Positions 28,153 to 40,385 of a stretch of DNA of 64,000 bases are shown here, in pieces. The stretch comes from Octopus sinensis (lineage: Eukaryota). Under the pieces are notes generated by a model. It saw only the letters and a program-made list of their open reading frames with translations, was not told the origin of the DNA and made no database searches. Both the position numbers and the translations under genes were made by a program. The stretch spans positions 20,894,001 to 20,958,000 of the forward strand of contig NC_043014.1 of NCBI RefSeq assembly GCF_006345805.1. Direction: 5' to 3'. Each line of letters begins with the position of its first letter. Positions within the stretch are counted from its first letter, which is position 1.

Positions 28153-28760
28153 CAGGGTGTCCCAAAATTAAGGCAACAATAAATGTTATACGATATGAGA
28201 ATCATACTTCATTATAAAAGCTTCATGTGTCTTCTTTTTGTTTCAGACTAAATAAATTCAGATTTATAAAATGGATAATGGCTATAGACAGAAATACAAC
28301 CATAACCCTCTACAACAGGAGTGAAAGTAATACAGCTATAGCAAAAAAAGCTTGAAATTAACCAAACAACAGTTAGGAAAATTGTCAAGAAATTTCAAGA
28401 GACTTGTTCCACTGCTGATCAACATGGACATAGTCAAAAAGAAGTGTGCAGACCCCTCAGCCTATCAAAAGTACCAGAGAAAAGATACAGCAAAATCTTC
28501 GTCATTCTGTCAAAAAACTGGCTGTCACAGCAAAAATAAGCTGAACATCAATGTATCAAGAGCTGAAGGAGGGTCTCAGGACCCACTCCTACAAGATGAT
28601 ATGCTGTCATGAGCTCAAGCAAGTTTATAAGGCCATGAAACTGGAGAGAAGTCATCTTATCCTGTGCATGCTGCCCACCCTGGTGTTCATTGATAAAAAG
28701 AAATGTGACATCAAACAGACAGTAAACCACCAGAATGACCAACTTTTACCCATCGCAGCC
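28153..28760 (+). mobile_element. Tc1/mariner (maT-like) 5' fragment
   Basis: TA|CAGGGTGTCCCAAAA TIR start, HTH-like NTAIAKKLEINQTTVRKIVKKFQET, REKIQQNLRHSVKKLA, and a degenerate first catalytic motif LVFIDKKKCDIKQTVNHQND; truncated by a microsatellite. Confidence 0.65.
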
Positions 28761-28830
28761 TGTATGTATATATATATATATACACACACACGTGTATGTA
28801 TATGTGTGTATACATATATATATATATATA

Positions 28831-30877
28831 AGGGTATGAAACCAGGAAAAGCCCCCGGCCCATCAGGAATCACTGCTGAGATGCTTAAAACAGCTGGTTG
28901 TGTGGGCCATGGCCTAGTCACCCGCATTGTAAACCAGGTAGTTCATAATGGAGTCATACCCAATGACTGGCATAGCAGCACCATAGTCAACTGCTACCAG
29001 GGTAAAGGTGATTCTCTAGATAGAAATAACTACAGGGGTATTAAACTGTTGGATCAGGTGATGAAGGTCACAGAGAGGGTCATAACCCATCTCATTAGGG
29101 AGAGAATTTGCTTAGATGAGATGCAGTTTGGTTTTGTGCCGGGTAGAAGCACCACTGATGCTATATTCCTGGTTCGACAACTGCAGGAGAAATGCCTAGC
29201 TAAAGATAAACCCTTCTACATAGCTTTTGTGGACTTTGACAGGGTCCCCCGATCCCTTATCAGGTGGTCGATGCAGAAACTGGAGATTGACAAATGGCTA
29301 ATAAGGGCTGTACAGGCCCTATACAGAGAGGCTGTCAGCAAGGTTAGGATTGGCAATGAATATAGTGAAGAATTCCGGGTAGAAGTAGGTGTACACCAAG
29401 GTTCAGCCCTCAGTCCCCTTTTATTCATCATAGTCCTCCAGGCAATAACAGAGGAATTCAAAACAGGTTGCCCCTGGGAGCTCCTCTATGCTGATGACCT
29501 GGCTCTCATAGCAGAATCACTACCGGAACTAGAAAAGAAATTTCGGGTTATGAAGCAAGGTTTAGAATCAAAGGGCCTTAGAGTAAATGTAGCAAAGACC
29601 AAAGTTATAGTAAGCAGAAAGGTGAACTCATCACACACACCCTCGGGCAGGTGGCCCTGCTCAATCTGTAGGAAAAGTGTAGGTAGAAACTTCATAAGAT
29701 GTACCCAGTGTAAGCTATGGATGCATAAGAGGTGCAGCAACATCAAAGGGAAATTAACTGATAAGATAGCTTTCATGTGCGGCAGATGCACAGGGACAAT
29801 AGACACCACAGATACTCAGAAAACAGATTCCATCACACTCCAGGGGGAGAAACTAGATGTAGTTGATAGTTTCTGCTACCTAGGTGACCAAGTTAGTAGT
29901 GGAGGTGGATGCTCAGAGAGTGTCACCACTAGAATATGAATAGCCTGGGCAAATTTTAGAAAGCTCCTACCCCTACTGGCGACAAAGGGTCTCTCATTCA
30001 GATTGAAAGGTAGATTGTATGATGCATGTGTGCGAACTGCCATGCTTCACGGTAGTGAAACATGGGCCGTGACTGCAGAGGACATGCGTAGACTTGAAAG
30101 AAATGAAGCTAGCATGATCCGCTGGATGTGTAATGTCAGTGTGCATGCACGACAGAGTGTAAGCACCCTGAGAGAAATGCTGGACATAAGAAGCATCAGA
30201 TGTGGTGTGCAAGAGCGACGCTTGCGATGGTATGGTCATGTACTGTGGATGGATGAGGAGAGATGTGTGAAGAAGTACCGCTCCCAAACAGTTGAAGGTA
30301 TCAGGGGGAGAGGTAGACCCAGGAAGACATGGGATGAGGTAGTCAAGCATGACCTCAGAGCATTGGGCCTCACAGAGGCAATGACGAAGGACCGAGATCT
30401 CTGGAGATATGCTGTGACTGCAAAGGTCCGGGCTGCTTCCTGAACCAGTTTCGCATAGCCCCAGCCCATTCAAAGTGCCTTGGATTTCAGAACAACCCGC
30501 TGAGCTTGAGGAGACCTATTGAGTCAAGTACATGAACATTGAAATAAATATCAATGGAAATAGTAGTTGTGATACCTGTGCCGGTGGCATGTAAAAAGCA
30601 CCATCCGAACGTGGTCAATGCCAGCTCCGCCTTGACTGGCTTCTGTGCCGGTGGCACGTAAAGAGCACCAACCGATCGTGGCCGCCGCCAGACTCATCTG
30701 GCACGTAAAAGCACCCACTACACTCACGGAGTGGTTGGTGTTAGGAAGGGCATCCAGCTGTAGAAACACTGCCAGATCAGACTGGAGCCTGGTGCAGCAT
30801 CCTGGCTTCCCAGACCCCGGTTGAACCGTCCAACCCGTGCTAGCACAGAAAACGGACATTAAACGATGATGATGATA
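28831..30877 (+). mobile_element. 5'-truncated RTE-clade LINE (RT, PHD-like finger, C-terminal domain, 3' UTR, (GAT)n tail)
   Basis: KAPGPSGI, NNYRGIKLL, QFGFVPGRSTTDAIF, GVHQGSALSPLLF and YADD (29487-29498). There is an in-frame deletion in VD[LEKA]FD and one nonsense codon at 29937; the ORF resumes in frame to TGA at 30443. The tail reads TTAAACGATGATGATGAT. Confidence 0.93.
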
Positions 30878-30899
30878 TACATACACACACACACACTTT

Positions 30900-31141
30900 C
30901 TTTTACCTTATTATACTGTGGCCATGCTGTGGCACTGCCTTGAATTATTTTTAATCAAATGAATTGACTCCAGTACTTTTATTTCCTTTTGAGACAGGTA
31001 CTTATTCTATCAATTTCTTTTGCCAAACTGCTAAGTTAGAGGGATGCAAACACACCAACACAAGTTGTCAAGTGGTGGGTAGTGTGGTCCAAAACAGACA
31101 CTAAGACACACACAGATACACACATGCAGATATACATACAA

Positions 31142-31191
<50 letters not shown>

Positions 31192-31325
31192 CACATACAT
31201 ACACCAGACTTCTCTCAGTTTCTGTCAACCAAATCCACTCACAAGGCTTTGGTCAACCTGAGACTATAGTGGAAGACACTTGCCCAAGGTGCCATGCAGT
31301 GGGACTGAACCTGGTTGGTAAGCAA
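30900..31325 (-). mobile_element. tRNA-derived SINE (CORE-like), diverged
   Basis: AAATCCACTCACAAGGCTTTGGTC...GAAGACACTTGCCCAAGGTGCCATGCAGTGGGACTGAACC plus the 3' half. Confidence 0.75.
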
Positions 31326-31388
31326 TTTAAAAAAATTATATTGTTATTTTTTAAATGAAGAAAACCAAATCAAATATTAGTGTCAAGT

Positions 31389-31394
31389 TTTATT
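31389..31394 (-). promoter_or_regulatory. Candidate polyadenylation signal of the minus-strand zinc-finger gene
   Basis: AATAAA on the minus strand ~575 nt past the stop, followed by U/GU-rich sequence (TTGATTTGGTTTTCTT). Confidence 0.4.
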
Positions 31395-31968
31395 TTACTA
31401 ACATATATAGGGAAATGGGATTGTGTGTGTATATTTGTGTGAGGACATGTGTGCACGTATGTAGGTATTATTTATATAAAAGAATGTGTGTTTGTATGCA
31501 TGTGTAAGTAGTTGGGTGGAGTAATATGGATATAGAAATATAACAGTTGTAAGAAGCAATACTAAACAAAATATAGAAAAGTTTCCATTTGTAGTTCAGG
31601 TCATGGACATGATGACCTTTGACATGCCCAATTTTAAGGTTAGCTATAACATATCAGACCAGAGTTTCTGTTTTCTTTTCCTTTTGTGTGATGGACCTGT
31701 AACATGTTTGAGTAAGGTGTTGTGATTTCATATGTTGACCCCTTGCCCTTTGTCACATTCAGGTTAGCTTGAGTCAGGTCAATTTCCATAAAACGACCTA
31801 TGAAAAGTTTAAGTTCAGATTGTACTTTCGCATGTTGACTCTTGACGCATTAAGGTCAAGTCATACTACATCATGACAAATTTTATATGCTGGCTATTTA
31901 AAATACATCAGCTTCGGCACATTTAGAACATGGCATGTCGACATTTGACATGGTCAGTTCGGATTAGG

Positions 31969-32925
31969 TCAAGTCATTTTCATGTGTTGACCTTTGACAT
32001 GGCTGGACAGTGCCACCATGTTCTGAAAAGATCTTTTACAAGTGGTACAAGTGTAGGCCTTTTTGAGGGGGTTATGTATGACTTGGTGAGCAGTGAGTGA
32101 GTAGAGATATGCAAACTTTCTATGACATACCTCACACTCATACGAGCGTGGTTTATCAGCGAGTGGCATTGGAGTAGTCTCATGTATTTTCTTGTGCATC
32201 AATAGCACTGACTGTTTGAGGAAAGTTTTGTTGCATACATCACAAGTATAGTACTTTTCCACCTCATTCTGTGCTGGAGACTTTGTATGCGATACTATGT
32301 GTTCAGTAAGGCTGGCTGCTCGTAGGAACGATTTGCCACACTCAGAACACTTGAATAGCTTCTCGGCTGAGTGAATCTGAGCATGTGAAGTCAGGTGTGA
32401 CAGCCGGACAAAGGTGCGTGCACACACATCGCATGCAAATGGCCTGTTGGCATTTGTATTGTTGCGGTTAGACAACTGGGGAAGATTTGATGATGATGGA
32501 TTCCTAGTAGTAGAACTAGTGGTAGCGGCTGTATTATTAGTAGCAGTGGTAGAAGCAGCAGAAGTGATTGTGGACATAATATCATCTTCATCATTGCTGT
32601 CGGTGTGGTGGCCACCACCAGAAAAGCCTCTGGCAGTGTGAGCTGTTCTCTCATGTGCACCCCGGTCAGCAGCTGAAGCAAAAAGTCGTTGACACACTTT
32701 GCAAGGATAGCCAAAAGCTGTGGCCATACCCAGTCGTTCTCTGTCTTTCCGCTCCTTCCTCATAATGCTGTGGTGAGCTTTCTCAGCATGGACGGCCAAA
32801 ATGGATTCAGTTTGAAAATTCTTGTGGCAGAATCGACAGGAAAATGGTTTCTTCTTACAAAACAGTGGTTTCTTCTCAGGTGAAGGGATGTTTGTGTAAT
32901 CATTGTAGTTGATGAGGTCACTCAT
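31969..32925 (-). CDS. C2H2 zinc-finger protein (7 fingers, 318 aa), single coding exon
   Basis: ATG at 32925 (MSDLINY...) sits immediately after a polypyrimidine tract plus AG (CTCTTATCTTCAG|CATG). Seven CxxC-12-H-3/4-H fingers, a Thr/Asn/Ser-rich spacer between fingers 2 and 3, and TGA at 31971-31969. Confidence 0.9.
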   Translation of the reverse strand: MSDLINYNDYTNIPSPEKKPLFCKKKPFSCRFCHKNFQTESILAVHAEKAHHSIMRKERKDRERLGMATAFGYPCKVCQRLFASAADRGAHERTAHTARGFSGGGHHTDSNDEDDIMSTITSAASTTATNNTAATTSSTTRNPSSSNLPQLSNRNNTNANRPFACDVCARTFVRLSHLTSHAQIHSAEKLFKCSECGKSFLRAASLTEHIVSHTKSPAQNEVEKYYTCDVCNKTFLKQSVLLMHKKIHETTPMPLADKPRSYECEVCHRKFAYLYSLTAHQVIHNPLKKAYTCTTCKRSFQNMVALSSHVKGQHMKMT

Positions 32926-33189
32926 GCTGAAGATAAGAGTTAAAATGAGGATTAAGATGAGAATTAAGACAAGATCAAGATGAGGGTTACAATTAAAGTT
33001 AAAGTAAAAATTGTTGAAGTTCAAACAAGAGTTAAGATGACAGTTAAGGAAGGAGTAGAGATAAAAACATGCAAGTTAGTTGATAGTTAAAATGAGAGAT
33101 TAAACAAGATGGGAGATGACACTAAACTATAAGCTGAGTGCTAAAATGAGAGATCAAAATAAGAGTTGAAACAACTCGTATTTTTGTCT

Positions 33190-33390
33190 TTGGTGTTCTT
33201 TACCTTTTTACCTTTTTCAGTCATTAGACTGTGGCCATGCTGGGGCACTCACATTGAAGAATCTTTAGTCATATGAACTGTCCCCAGTACATTTTTTAAA
33301 GCCTAGTACTTATTCAATCAGTCTCTTTTGCTGAACAGGTTGTCAAGCAGTGGAGGGAGGACAAACATACACACAGATATAAATACACAA

Positions 33391-33431
<41 letters not shown>

Positions 33432-33575
33432 CAGGCTTTTTTACAGTTTCCATCAACCAAATCCACTCATAAAGCTTTGATCAGCCTGAGGCTATAGTAG
33501 AAGACATTTGTTGAAGGTGTCACACAGTGGGACTGAACCAAGAACCATGTGGTTGGGAAGCAAGCTTCTTATCAA
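33190..33575 (-). mobile_element. tRNA-derived SINE (CORE-like)
   Basis: Same diagnostic blocks as 39622-40000. Confidence 0.75.
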
Positions 33576-34049
33576 ACAGATGTTTAAAAAACACATTTTT
33601 TTTATTGTTACAATTTTTGAGTTGTCTCTACAGTTGTTATTTACTCTAAAGTCAACCAATCCAACAAACCTATAATTAAAGACATTCCAAATTAACCATC
33701 ACATCTTATTGCTTTCCCAAGCTGTGTATTTAGGTCACTATTATCCATTACGAAAGTAGAGTATGATTTGAGGGAAATCTGGTTGCTACTTCTTGCAGAT
33801 TGAATGACTACATGAAGACTCCCTTATTGACTTGTTGTAGCACATGTTGATAGATGGTCGCAGTTAGCGAGTGGTTTAAGGATACACACAGGTAGCTGAC
33901 CTGTAATAGATCTGTAGTTGACCTACGAGACAGATTCAAGCAGTCAAACAAATCATTTGTTCAATGTTCCTGTGTATCACATGTAGATTTGGGGTCAATA
34001 AAAACATGGTCACAATTTTAAAAGCAGTAAGGCACCTCTTTTAGTGAGT

Positions 34050-34260
34050 TAAGCTGTTATATTAGTCTCAAATTTTGGTACAAAGCCAGCAATTTCAGGA
34101 GTGGGGATAAGTCAATTACATCAGCCCCAGTACTCAACTGGAATTCATTTTGTCAACCTCAAATAGATGAAAGGTAAAATCGACCTCAATAGAATTTGAA
34201 CTCAGAACATAAAGATGGACAGTATGCTGCTAAACATTTTGTCTGGCATGCTGTTTGTTA
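34050..34260 (-). mobile_element. tRNA-derived SINE (Nin/Deu-like), diverged
   Basis: Plus strand GATGAAAGGTAAAATCGACCTC...AATTTGAACTCAGAAC is the reverse complement of the family core. Confidence 0.65.
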
Positions 34261-34899
34261 TTTTGACAAATCAATTAAATAGAAACCTCCTTTACTAGTT
34301 TGAATTGTCCATATTTTCAAGGCAGTAGAAAAGTTGGCTGTTAGATTTAGTAACTAACTGCAAAGATGCTCCCTGACAGGTTCACAGGGTCCCTATTTTA
34401 AGAACAGTAAGGACTTTGTAGATGGTTATTTGGCTGCTACATTGAGCAGGATCAAGTGACTATTGAATATAATAATGATTATTGTATTGTAATTGCTATA
34501 TCATCTTATAAACTCAACAAAACAATATGGTTCAGGTTGCACTCATAGCCACATTCAGATCAAAATATACATATATAGCAATCAATGGAGTAGAAAGAAC
34601 CCTTCAGTCTTGCATACAGTATAAAAATTTCTCTAGTGTCGGTGCTACAATAAAAACGTATACAGTACACTCTTTAAGGTGGCTGGTGTTGGAAAGCACA
34701 TCCAGCTATAGAAATCATGGCAGAAGGGAAGATATGGGGGTGAGACATTGTCTTCTGATCTGCCCAGGAAGAACTTGAATCAGATTATGATTACTAGTCT
34801 AATGCATAACAACATGGAAAGTAGCTGTAAAACAATGATGATGAGGTACCTATATTAGATATTGCCTGATTCCAGTATAAAACTTATCATAATTATATA

Positions 34900-35091
34900 T
34901 AGGTGCAGATGTAACTGTGTGGTCAAAAGCTTGCTTCGCAATCACACAGTTCAGGGTTCAGTCCCACTGCATGGCACCTTGGGCAAGTGCCTTCTACTGT
35001 AGCCTTGGGTCAACCAAAGCCTTGTGAATGGATTTGATACAGGGAAACTGAAAGAAGCCCATTGGATATATATATATATATATATATATAT
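34900..35091 (+). mobile_element. tRNA-derived SINE (CORE-like), 5' half, running into (TA)n and the gap
   Basis: GGGTTCAGTCCCACTGCATGGCACCTTGGGCAAGTG... Confidence 0.75.
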
Positions 35092-35191
35092 NNNNNNNNN
35101 NNNNNNNNNNNNNNNNNNNNNNNNNNNNNNNNNNNNNNNNNNNNNNNNNNNNNNNNNNNNNNNNNNNNNNNNNNNNNNNNNNNNNNNNNNN
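35092..35191. other. Assembly gap (100 N)
   Basis: Run of N. Confidence 1.
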
Positions 35192-36004
35192 AGTAGACTT
35201 GAACATTGATTGTTGCATTAGGTGGTAACAATTCAAAGTGAATTACTCCTTTGCAATCACACCATTTAGGGAGAAGAATCTTTTTTTCCATGAAGTTCCT
35301 TTCTCGGTTGTGGTTGAGCTTTTTTTCCTTTTAACAAGCCACTGCTTACAACGTTTATCATTTTGATAGAAGATCCAATTTTGTCACCAGTCAAGGGTGA
35401 AATGAGTTCACGAGAATGGAGAGAAGAGCAGATGTCAACTTGGGATTTGTGGTTGCTTTCGGACAATTCATGAGGCATCCATTTTCCAAGTTTAGGAACC
35501 TTTCTAAGTTGTTGAAGGTGATGATGAAAAGTTGTATGGTTTGAACTAAGCTTTATTGCCAATTGTTCAACTGATAATACAGCATTTTCTTCAAGTAATG
35601 CCTCAAGGAGCTTATCATCAAATTCAACTGGACGTCCTGTTCGATCTTCATCTTCAAGGCTGAAATCTCCGCTACTGAATTTTGCAAACTATCTTCTACA
35701 AGTTCTTTCATTCAAGCATTCTTTCCTATAAACTGAGTGTATGTTTCAAGTCACTTTGGCTGCAGAATTTCCTTTTTTGTACTCATAAAGCATTATGTGC
35801 CTTAAATACTCTTTGGATACTTCCATATTAGAAAGCATTTTAATCAAAGAAATTTTAATTCTGTTATTCTGTAAAATAATATTTAATTAGTTTAAATGTA
35901 CACAAATGCATAAAATAATTTTAAAATACTATTCTAAAATACTATTAAATTTCATTCAATTTTAAAAAAGGTAAAATCGGACAGAACTTATGGGATGATC
36001 TGAT
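35192..36004 (-). mobile_element. mariner transposon relic, 5' part (cut by the gap)
   Basis: TIR TATCAGATCATCCCATAAGTTCTGTCCG at ~36004-35977; ATG at 35826 (MEVSKEYLRHIMLYEYKKG), FAKFSSGDFSLEDEDRTGRP, KLGKWMPHEL and GVIHFELLPPNATIN; multiple stops. Confidence 0.85.
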
Positions 36005-38224
36005 ATATAGATATATATTTTCATAAACTTGCCTGCACAGTTCATGCTTTCAATCGCCATCAATATTATTATTCACTAGTAATATTTCCATATATGATGG
36101 AGTCTAGATGATGTACAAGTGTTCAACTTTTGCCAAAAATCCTGCACAAATGATTTGTTTACAGTGATCAAATGTTCGTGTTACACACCAGCTCACTCTC
36201 TCCATCAAATCCATGTTGCCTGAACAGGTGCACTATGTGCCACATGTCAGGTGTGGAAGTGATTGCTGCAATGAGAAGTGTTTTGCTAAAGAACACAATG
36301 CACCACCCAGTCTAGGAATTGAAATCACAATCGCTAGACTGAGAGCAACACCATAACCACTAAGCCATACACCCTCACACACACATAATGAGATTCTTTC
36401 AGTTTTTGTCTACCAAATCCACTTACAGGGCTTTGGTTGGCCTGGGGTTACAGTAGAAGATATTTGCCCAAGGTTCCATATAGTGGGATTGAATCCAAAG
36501 AAACAAGATTGAGAAGTAAGCTTCTTAACCACACAACCACACCTGCACCTTTTAATACTGGTTTTGATTTCTTCTTTTTTTGGTATTTAAAATGTAATAT
36601 ATACTATTTTAATCCTTTAGCATTCAGATTTTCCTACCAAATCTAATTGAATTAAGCATGCAACAGCTTGTAGCTTCAAGATTTCAATGATGTAACTGTT
36701 TATTTTTATAATGACATAGCGGGGGTCAGTGTGAGAGGCCAGATTTAGCCAGCTTTAACATAAAACAGGTTGAATATTTTAGCCAGTTTAAGTGCTAAAG
36801 AGTTAATCTAAATCATACAACACCTGTTGTATGATTGCAAACCCCAATGGAAAGTCTTTAACTTTAGATGTGACCGCTTATACATGATAATCAGAGAACT
36901 GATAATTCAAATTGACTTTCAAGTTTTGTTTATTATGCAAGTGTAGAGAGGATGTGATGCAAGAATGATTCCTTGATATATGTAATAACTGTGTGTTTGT
37001 AATGTTGAATAATACTACCTTTGATATCCCTACTGATGCATGTATTTGAGGTTCCTGTTTATAGAAGCAATAAGTGTTAGTGTCTGTGTATTATCATTGT
37101 TTTAACAAGTACTTTTCCATATCTGCATGGGTGGAATTTTGATTTAAGCACCCAATATAACCCTTCAAAACTTTTTTCTATTTTTAGGAATTTGCAGAGA
37201 ATGTTTGTGAGTTTGTGTTCTACACTTGGGAATTCACAAAAAAAAAAAAATTTTTTTTTCATTTTTAACCCCATCACCTCTGTAAATCTTAAAATTTCTA
37301 CTCTTTTTAAAGTTTTATTTTAAATCAGAGTTTAAAATATAATATGGACAGTCTGAAATTTTTGCTTAAATCCAAGCAATGGATTCACCATTGGGTGAAT
37401 CATCATTCCATTAAATGTATTTGTGTAGTGAAAAATATTGAAGAACATCAATACATGTCAGAGTGACAAAGAAACGAGAAAGGTAGTAGGTGGTCGTGGG
37501 ATGTGCTAAAAACATCAGCTAAATCTCTCTTAGATCACACACACACACACAAAAAAATTTGTTTTTTCATAATCATATGAATTTCCATACATAGAACACA
37601 AATTCATAAAAAAATTCTGAAAATTCCAAGAAATGGATAAGTTATGAGAAGTTATACGGGGTGCTTAAACCAGAATTCTGCAGACAAAAGTACACTGGAA
37701 AAAGTATTCAATGTCTCGACACCCTTCCTGATACCAGCACCCACGTTTGCAAGCAATCTATCAAACAACAAACAGCCCAGATATGGTGACATAAGAGCTG
37801 GAAAAGAAAAAAGACCATTTGAATGAGCTTTTGTTTACAATGATTGCACAATATGTCAAACAAGCTCAGACATGCTTTTGCAGTGGATTACAAGTAAACA
37901 ACATCATCTGACATCAGGAAAACCCATTGTTTCTAATCAGTGAACACATATAAAAGTGAGGCGAAATATGAACTCACACAAACACATGCACAGCTTCTTT
38001 TAATTGCCATCTACTGAATTCACTCACAAGGCTTTAGGTCAGCCCAGAGCAATAACAGTCTCTAATTTATATCCCTTCTCAGTCACTTTGCCATGCTTAT
38101 TGATAAAACACCCAACTCATGCTAACCCAATCTACATCACAATTATCAGCATTTATTACACCCATTTTTCTATCCTTGTATGGATTAGATATTAAGAGGG
38201 ATTTTGGATAGGTTAAGTCTATAA

Positions 38225-38735
38225 AGTGGAGGCGTGTGGCTTAGTGGTTAGGGTGTTGAACTCATGATCGTAAGGTTGTAGTTTCGACTCCTGGACCAGG
38301 CGATGTGCTGTGTTCTTGAGCAAAACACTTCATTTCACATTGCTCCAGTCCACTCAACTGGCAAAAATGAGTAATCCTGCGACGGACCGGCGTCCCGTCC
38401 AGGTGGGAACTTCTACGTCACTGAAACCGGCCCTTATGAGCCTGGCATGGCTCAGGCAGCAGATTTGCGGTTTCGATTCCCAGACCGGGCGTTGTGTGTG
38501 TTTATTGAGCAAAAACACTAAAGCTCTATGAGGCTCTGGCAGGGAGTGGTGGTGACTCCTGTTGTACTCTTTTGCCCAACTTTCTCTCACTCTTTCTTCA
38601 GGTTTCTTGAGTAATGCTGCGATGGACTGGCGTCCCGTCCAGCTGGGGGGAACACATACGCCACAGAAACCAGGAAACCGGGCCCATGAGCCTGGCTAGG
38701 CTTAAAAAGGGTACATAAATAAATAAATAAAATAA
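38225..38735 (+). mobile_element. Dimeric tRNA-derived SINE (Meta-like)
   Basis: Head TGGCTTAGTGG...GTTTCGACTCC, a second B box GGTTTCGATTCC at ~38470, duplicated GAGTAAT.CTGCGA.GGAC.GGCGTCCCGTCCAG blocks, and an (AAAT)n tail. Confidence 0.8.
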
Positions 38736-38839
38736 GTCTATGAAGCTGTAACTTGGTACTATTTGTGAGCTTAATTTACTGAGTTATAAACAAAAGATAC
38801 AGTGTGTTGTACCACTAATTGGTACAGGTTTATCATCAT

Positions 38840-39300
38840 CAGCATTGTTTAATGTCCATTCTCCATACTGCATGGAAGTAGGAGACCCAGGAAGACATAG
38901 AATGAAGTGCTGAAGAACAATTTCAAGATGCTGAACCCTTCAAGCAGGATGACAAAGGACCAAGATGCTTGGCGCCTTGCTCTACTCAAGAAGATTGACC
39001 TGCAAGAGTCCTGCACCAGTGCCACATAAAATACACTTGTGGTGGTGTCATGCAACAGCACTCATGCAGTGCCAGATAAAAGCACCATCCCATAAAACCG
39101 TCCATGCAGCACCATGTAAAAGCACCTGTGCAGTGTCACATAAAAGCATCCAGCACCCTTTGTAAAGTGGTTAGTGTCAGGAAGGGCATCCAGCTGTAAA
39201 AACCATGCCAAATCAAACTGGAGTCTGGTGGAGCTCCTCAGCTCTGGTCAAACTGTCCAACCCATACCAGCGTGGACAACAGATGTTAAATGATGATGGA
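38840..39300 (+). mobile_element. RTE 3' fragment
   Basis: Degenerate GRPRKTW-like coding remnant plus 3' UTR ending GTTAAATGATGATG. Confidence 0.65.
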
Positions 39301-39621
39301 TAAGTTATGACAAACAATGCTAGTGCTCACAAACTGTAAGATTTACCACACAATGTACAAAAATCATAGTACTGCATCTACCTGACTATAGTCAGCTAAC
39401 TACAAATGCATTATATAGAGATACAATGCTCTGTGTTCACCTAAAAACAGACACAAACCAGACAAAAGTATATTTGGCAGCAGCAGCATTAACTAATATC
39501 CAAGTAGTTAATCTCTTTGTCCTGATGGGTGCAAAGGATGCTGTTGCTTGAGGTGACTGTTCAAGCGGGAGGTTAGAAGAGCTGGGGGACTTTTATTGCT
39601 GAGGGTAAAGAAAGGTATACT

Positions 39622-40000
39622 GTTTTACTTGTTTCAGTCATTTGACTGCGGCCATGCTGGAGCACCGCCTTTAGTCGAGCAAATCAACCCCAGGACTTAT
39701 TCTTTGTAAGCCTAGTACTTATTCTATCGGTATCTTTTGCCGAATCACTAAGTTACGGGGACATAAACACACCAACATTGGTTGTCAAGTGATGTTGTGG
39801 GGACAAATACAGACACACACATATATATATACATATATACGACAGGCTTCTTTCAGTTTCCATCTACCAAATCCACTCACAAGGCTTTGGTCAGATCGAG
39901 GCTATAGTAGAAGACACTTGCCCAAGGTGCCATACAGTGGGACTGAACCCAGAACCATGTGGTTGGTAAGCAAGCTACTTACCACACAGCCACTCCTGCA
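39622..40000 (-). mobile_element. Full-length tRNA-derived SINE (CORE-like)
   Basis: Minus strand: GTGGCTGTGTGGTAAG (A box), GGGTTCAGTCCC (B box), GGCACCTTGGGCAAGTGTCTTC, an internal (TA)/(TG) tract, and the 3' half ending GACTGAAACAAGTAAAA. Confidence 0.85.
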
Positions 40001-40016
40001 CCTATAGCTAGAAAGA

Positions 40017-40135
40017 CGTTTACAGCGCCTAGGTTTCCCAAGCGGTCACCCATCCAAGTACTAATTATGCTCAACTTAGCTTAACTATGGTGATCAGACA
40101 AGAACTGGTATTTTCAAAGTGATATGGCCGTAAAC
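40017..40135 (-). pseudogene. Dispersed 5S rRNA copy or pseudogene
   Basis: Minus strand GTTTACGGCCATATCACTTTGAAAATACCAGTTCTTGTCTGATC...TAGTACTTGGATGGGTGACCGCTTGGGAAACCTAGGCGCTGTAAAC. It is ~119 nt with an intact terminal helix GTTTACGGC/GCTGTAAAC and box C, a diverged middle, and no T4 terminator. Confidence 0.88.
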
Positions 40136-40229
40136 ATACTATGCACAAATATTACATTTACCAAACCATAGACATTTTAAGGAACATAGCACACCATGTA
40201 CTATGTCCACTTAACTATACACATGTTCT

Positions 40230-40385
40230 ACTCAGAGGTACAATTTAATAGTGTCCAGTCTATGCTACTGTAACCAGGTAACACTCAGAAGTACAACTCC
40301 ACATTGTACCCAGTCTGTGTAGCTGTAAACAGATACCACTGAGAGGTACAACTCCACGCACCCTATCTATGCTGTTGTTAGCATA
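40230..40385. repeat. Degenerate tandem repeat, ~54-bp unit x3
   Basis: ACT(C/G)AGA(G/A)GTACAA at 40230, 40283 and 40338. Confidence 0.6.

Noticed and set aside
28551-29939. 462-aa ORF that looks like a transposase-RT fusion
   Set aside because: It is a chance read-through from a decayed maT-like fragment across a (TA)/(TG) microsatellite (YIYIY) into a 5'-truncated RTE. Both parts are damaged.
32926-33024. Hydrophobic LILILIL N-terminus of the 351-aa zinc-finger ORF
   Set aside because: It starts at a non-ATG codon and is a pyrimidine-rich hexamer-periodic intron end with an AG acceptor just before the ATG at 32925.
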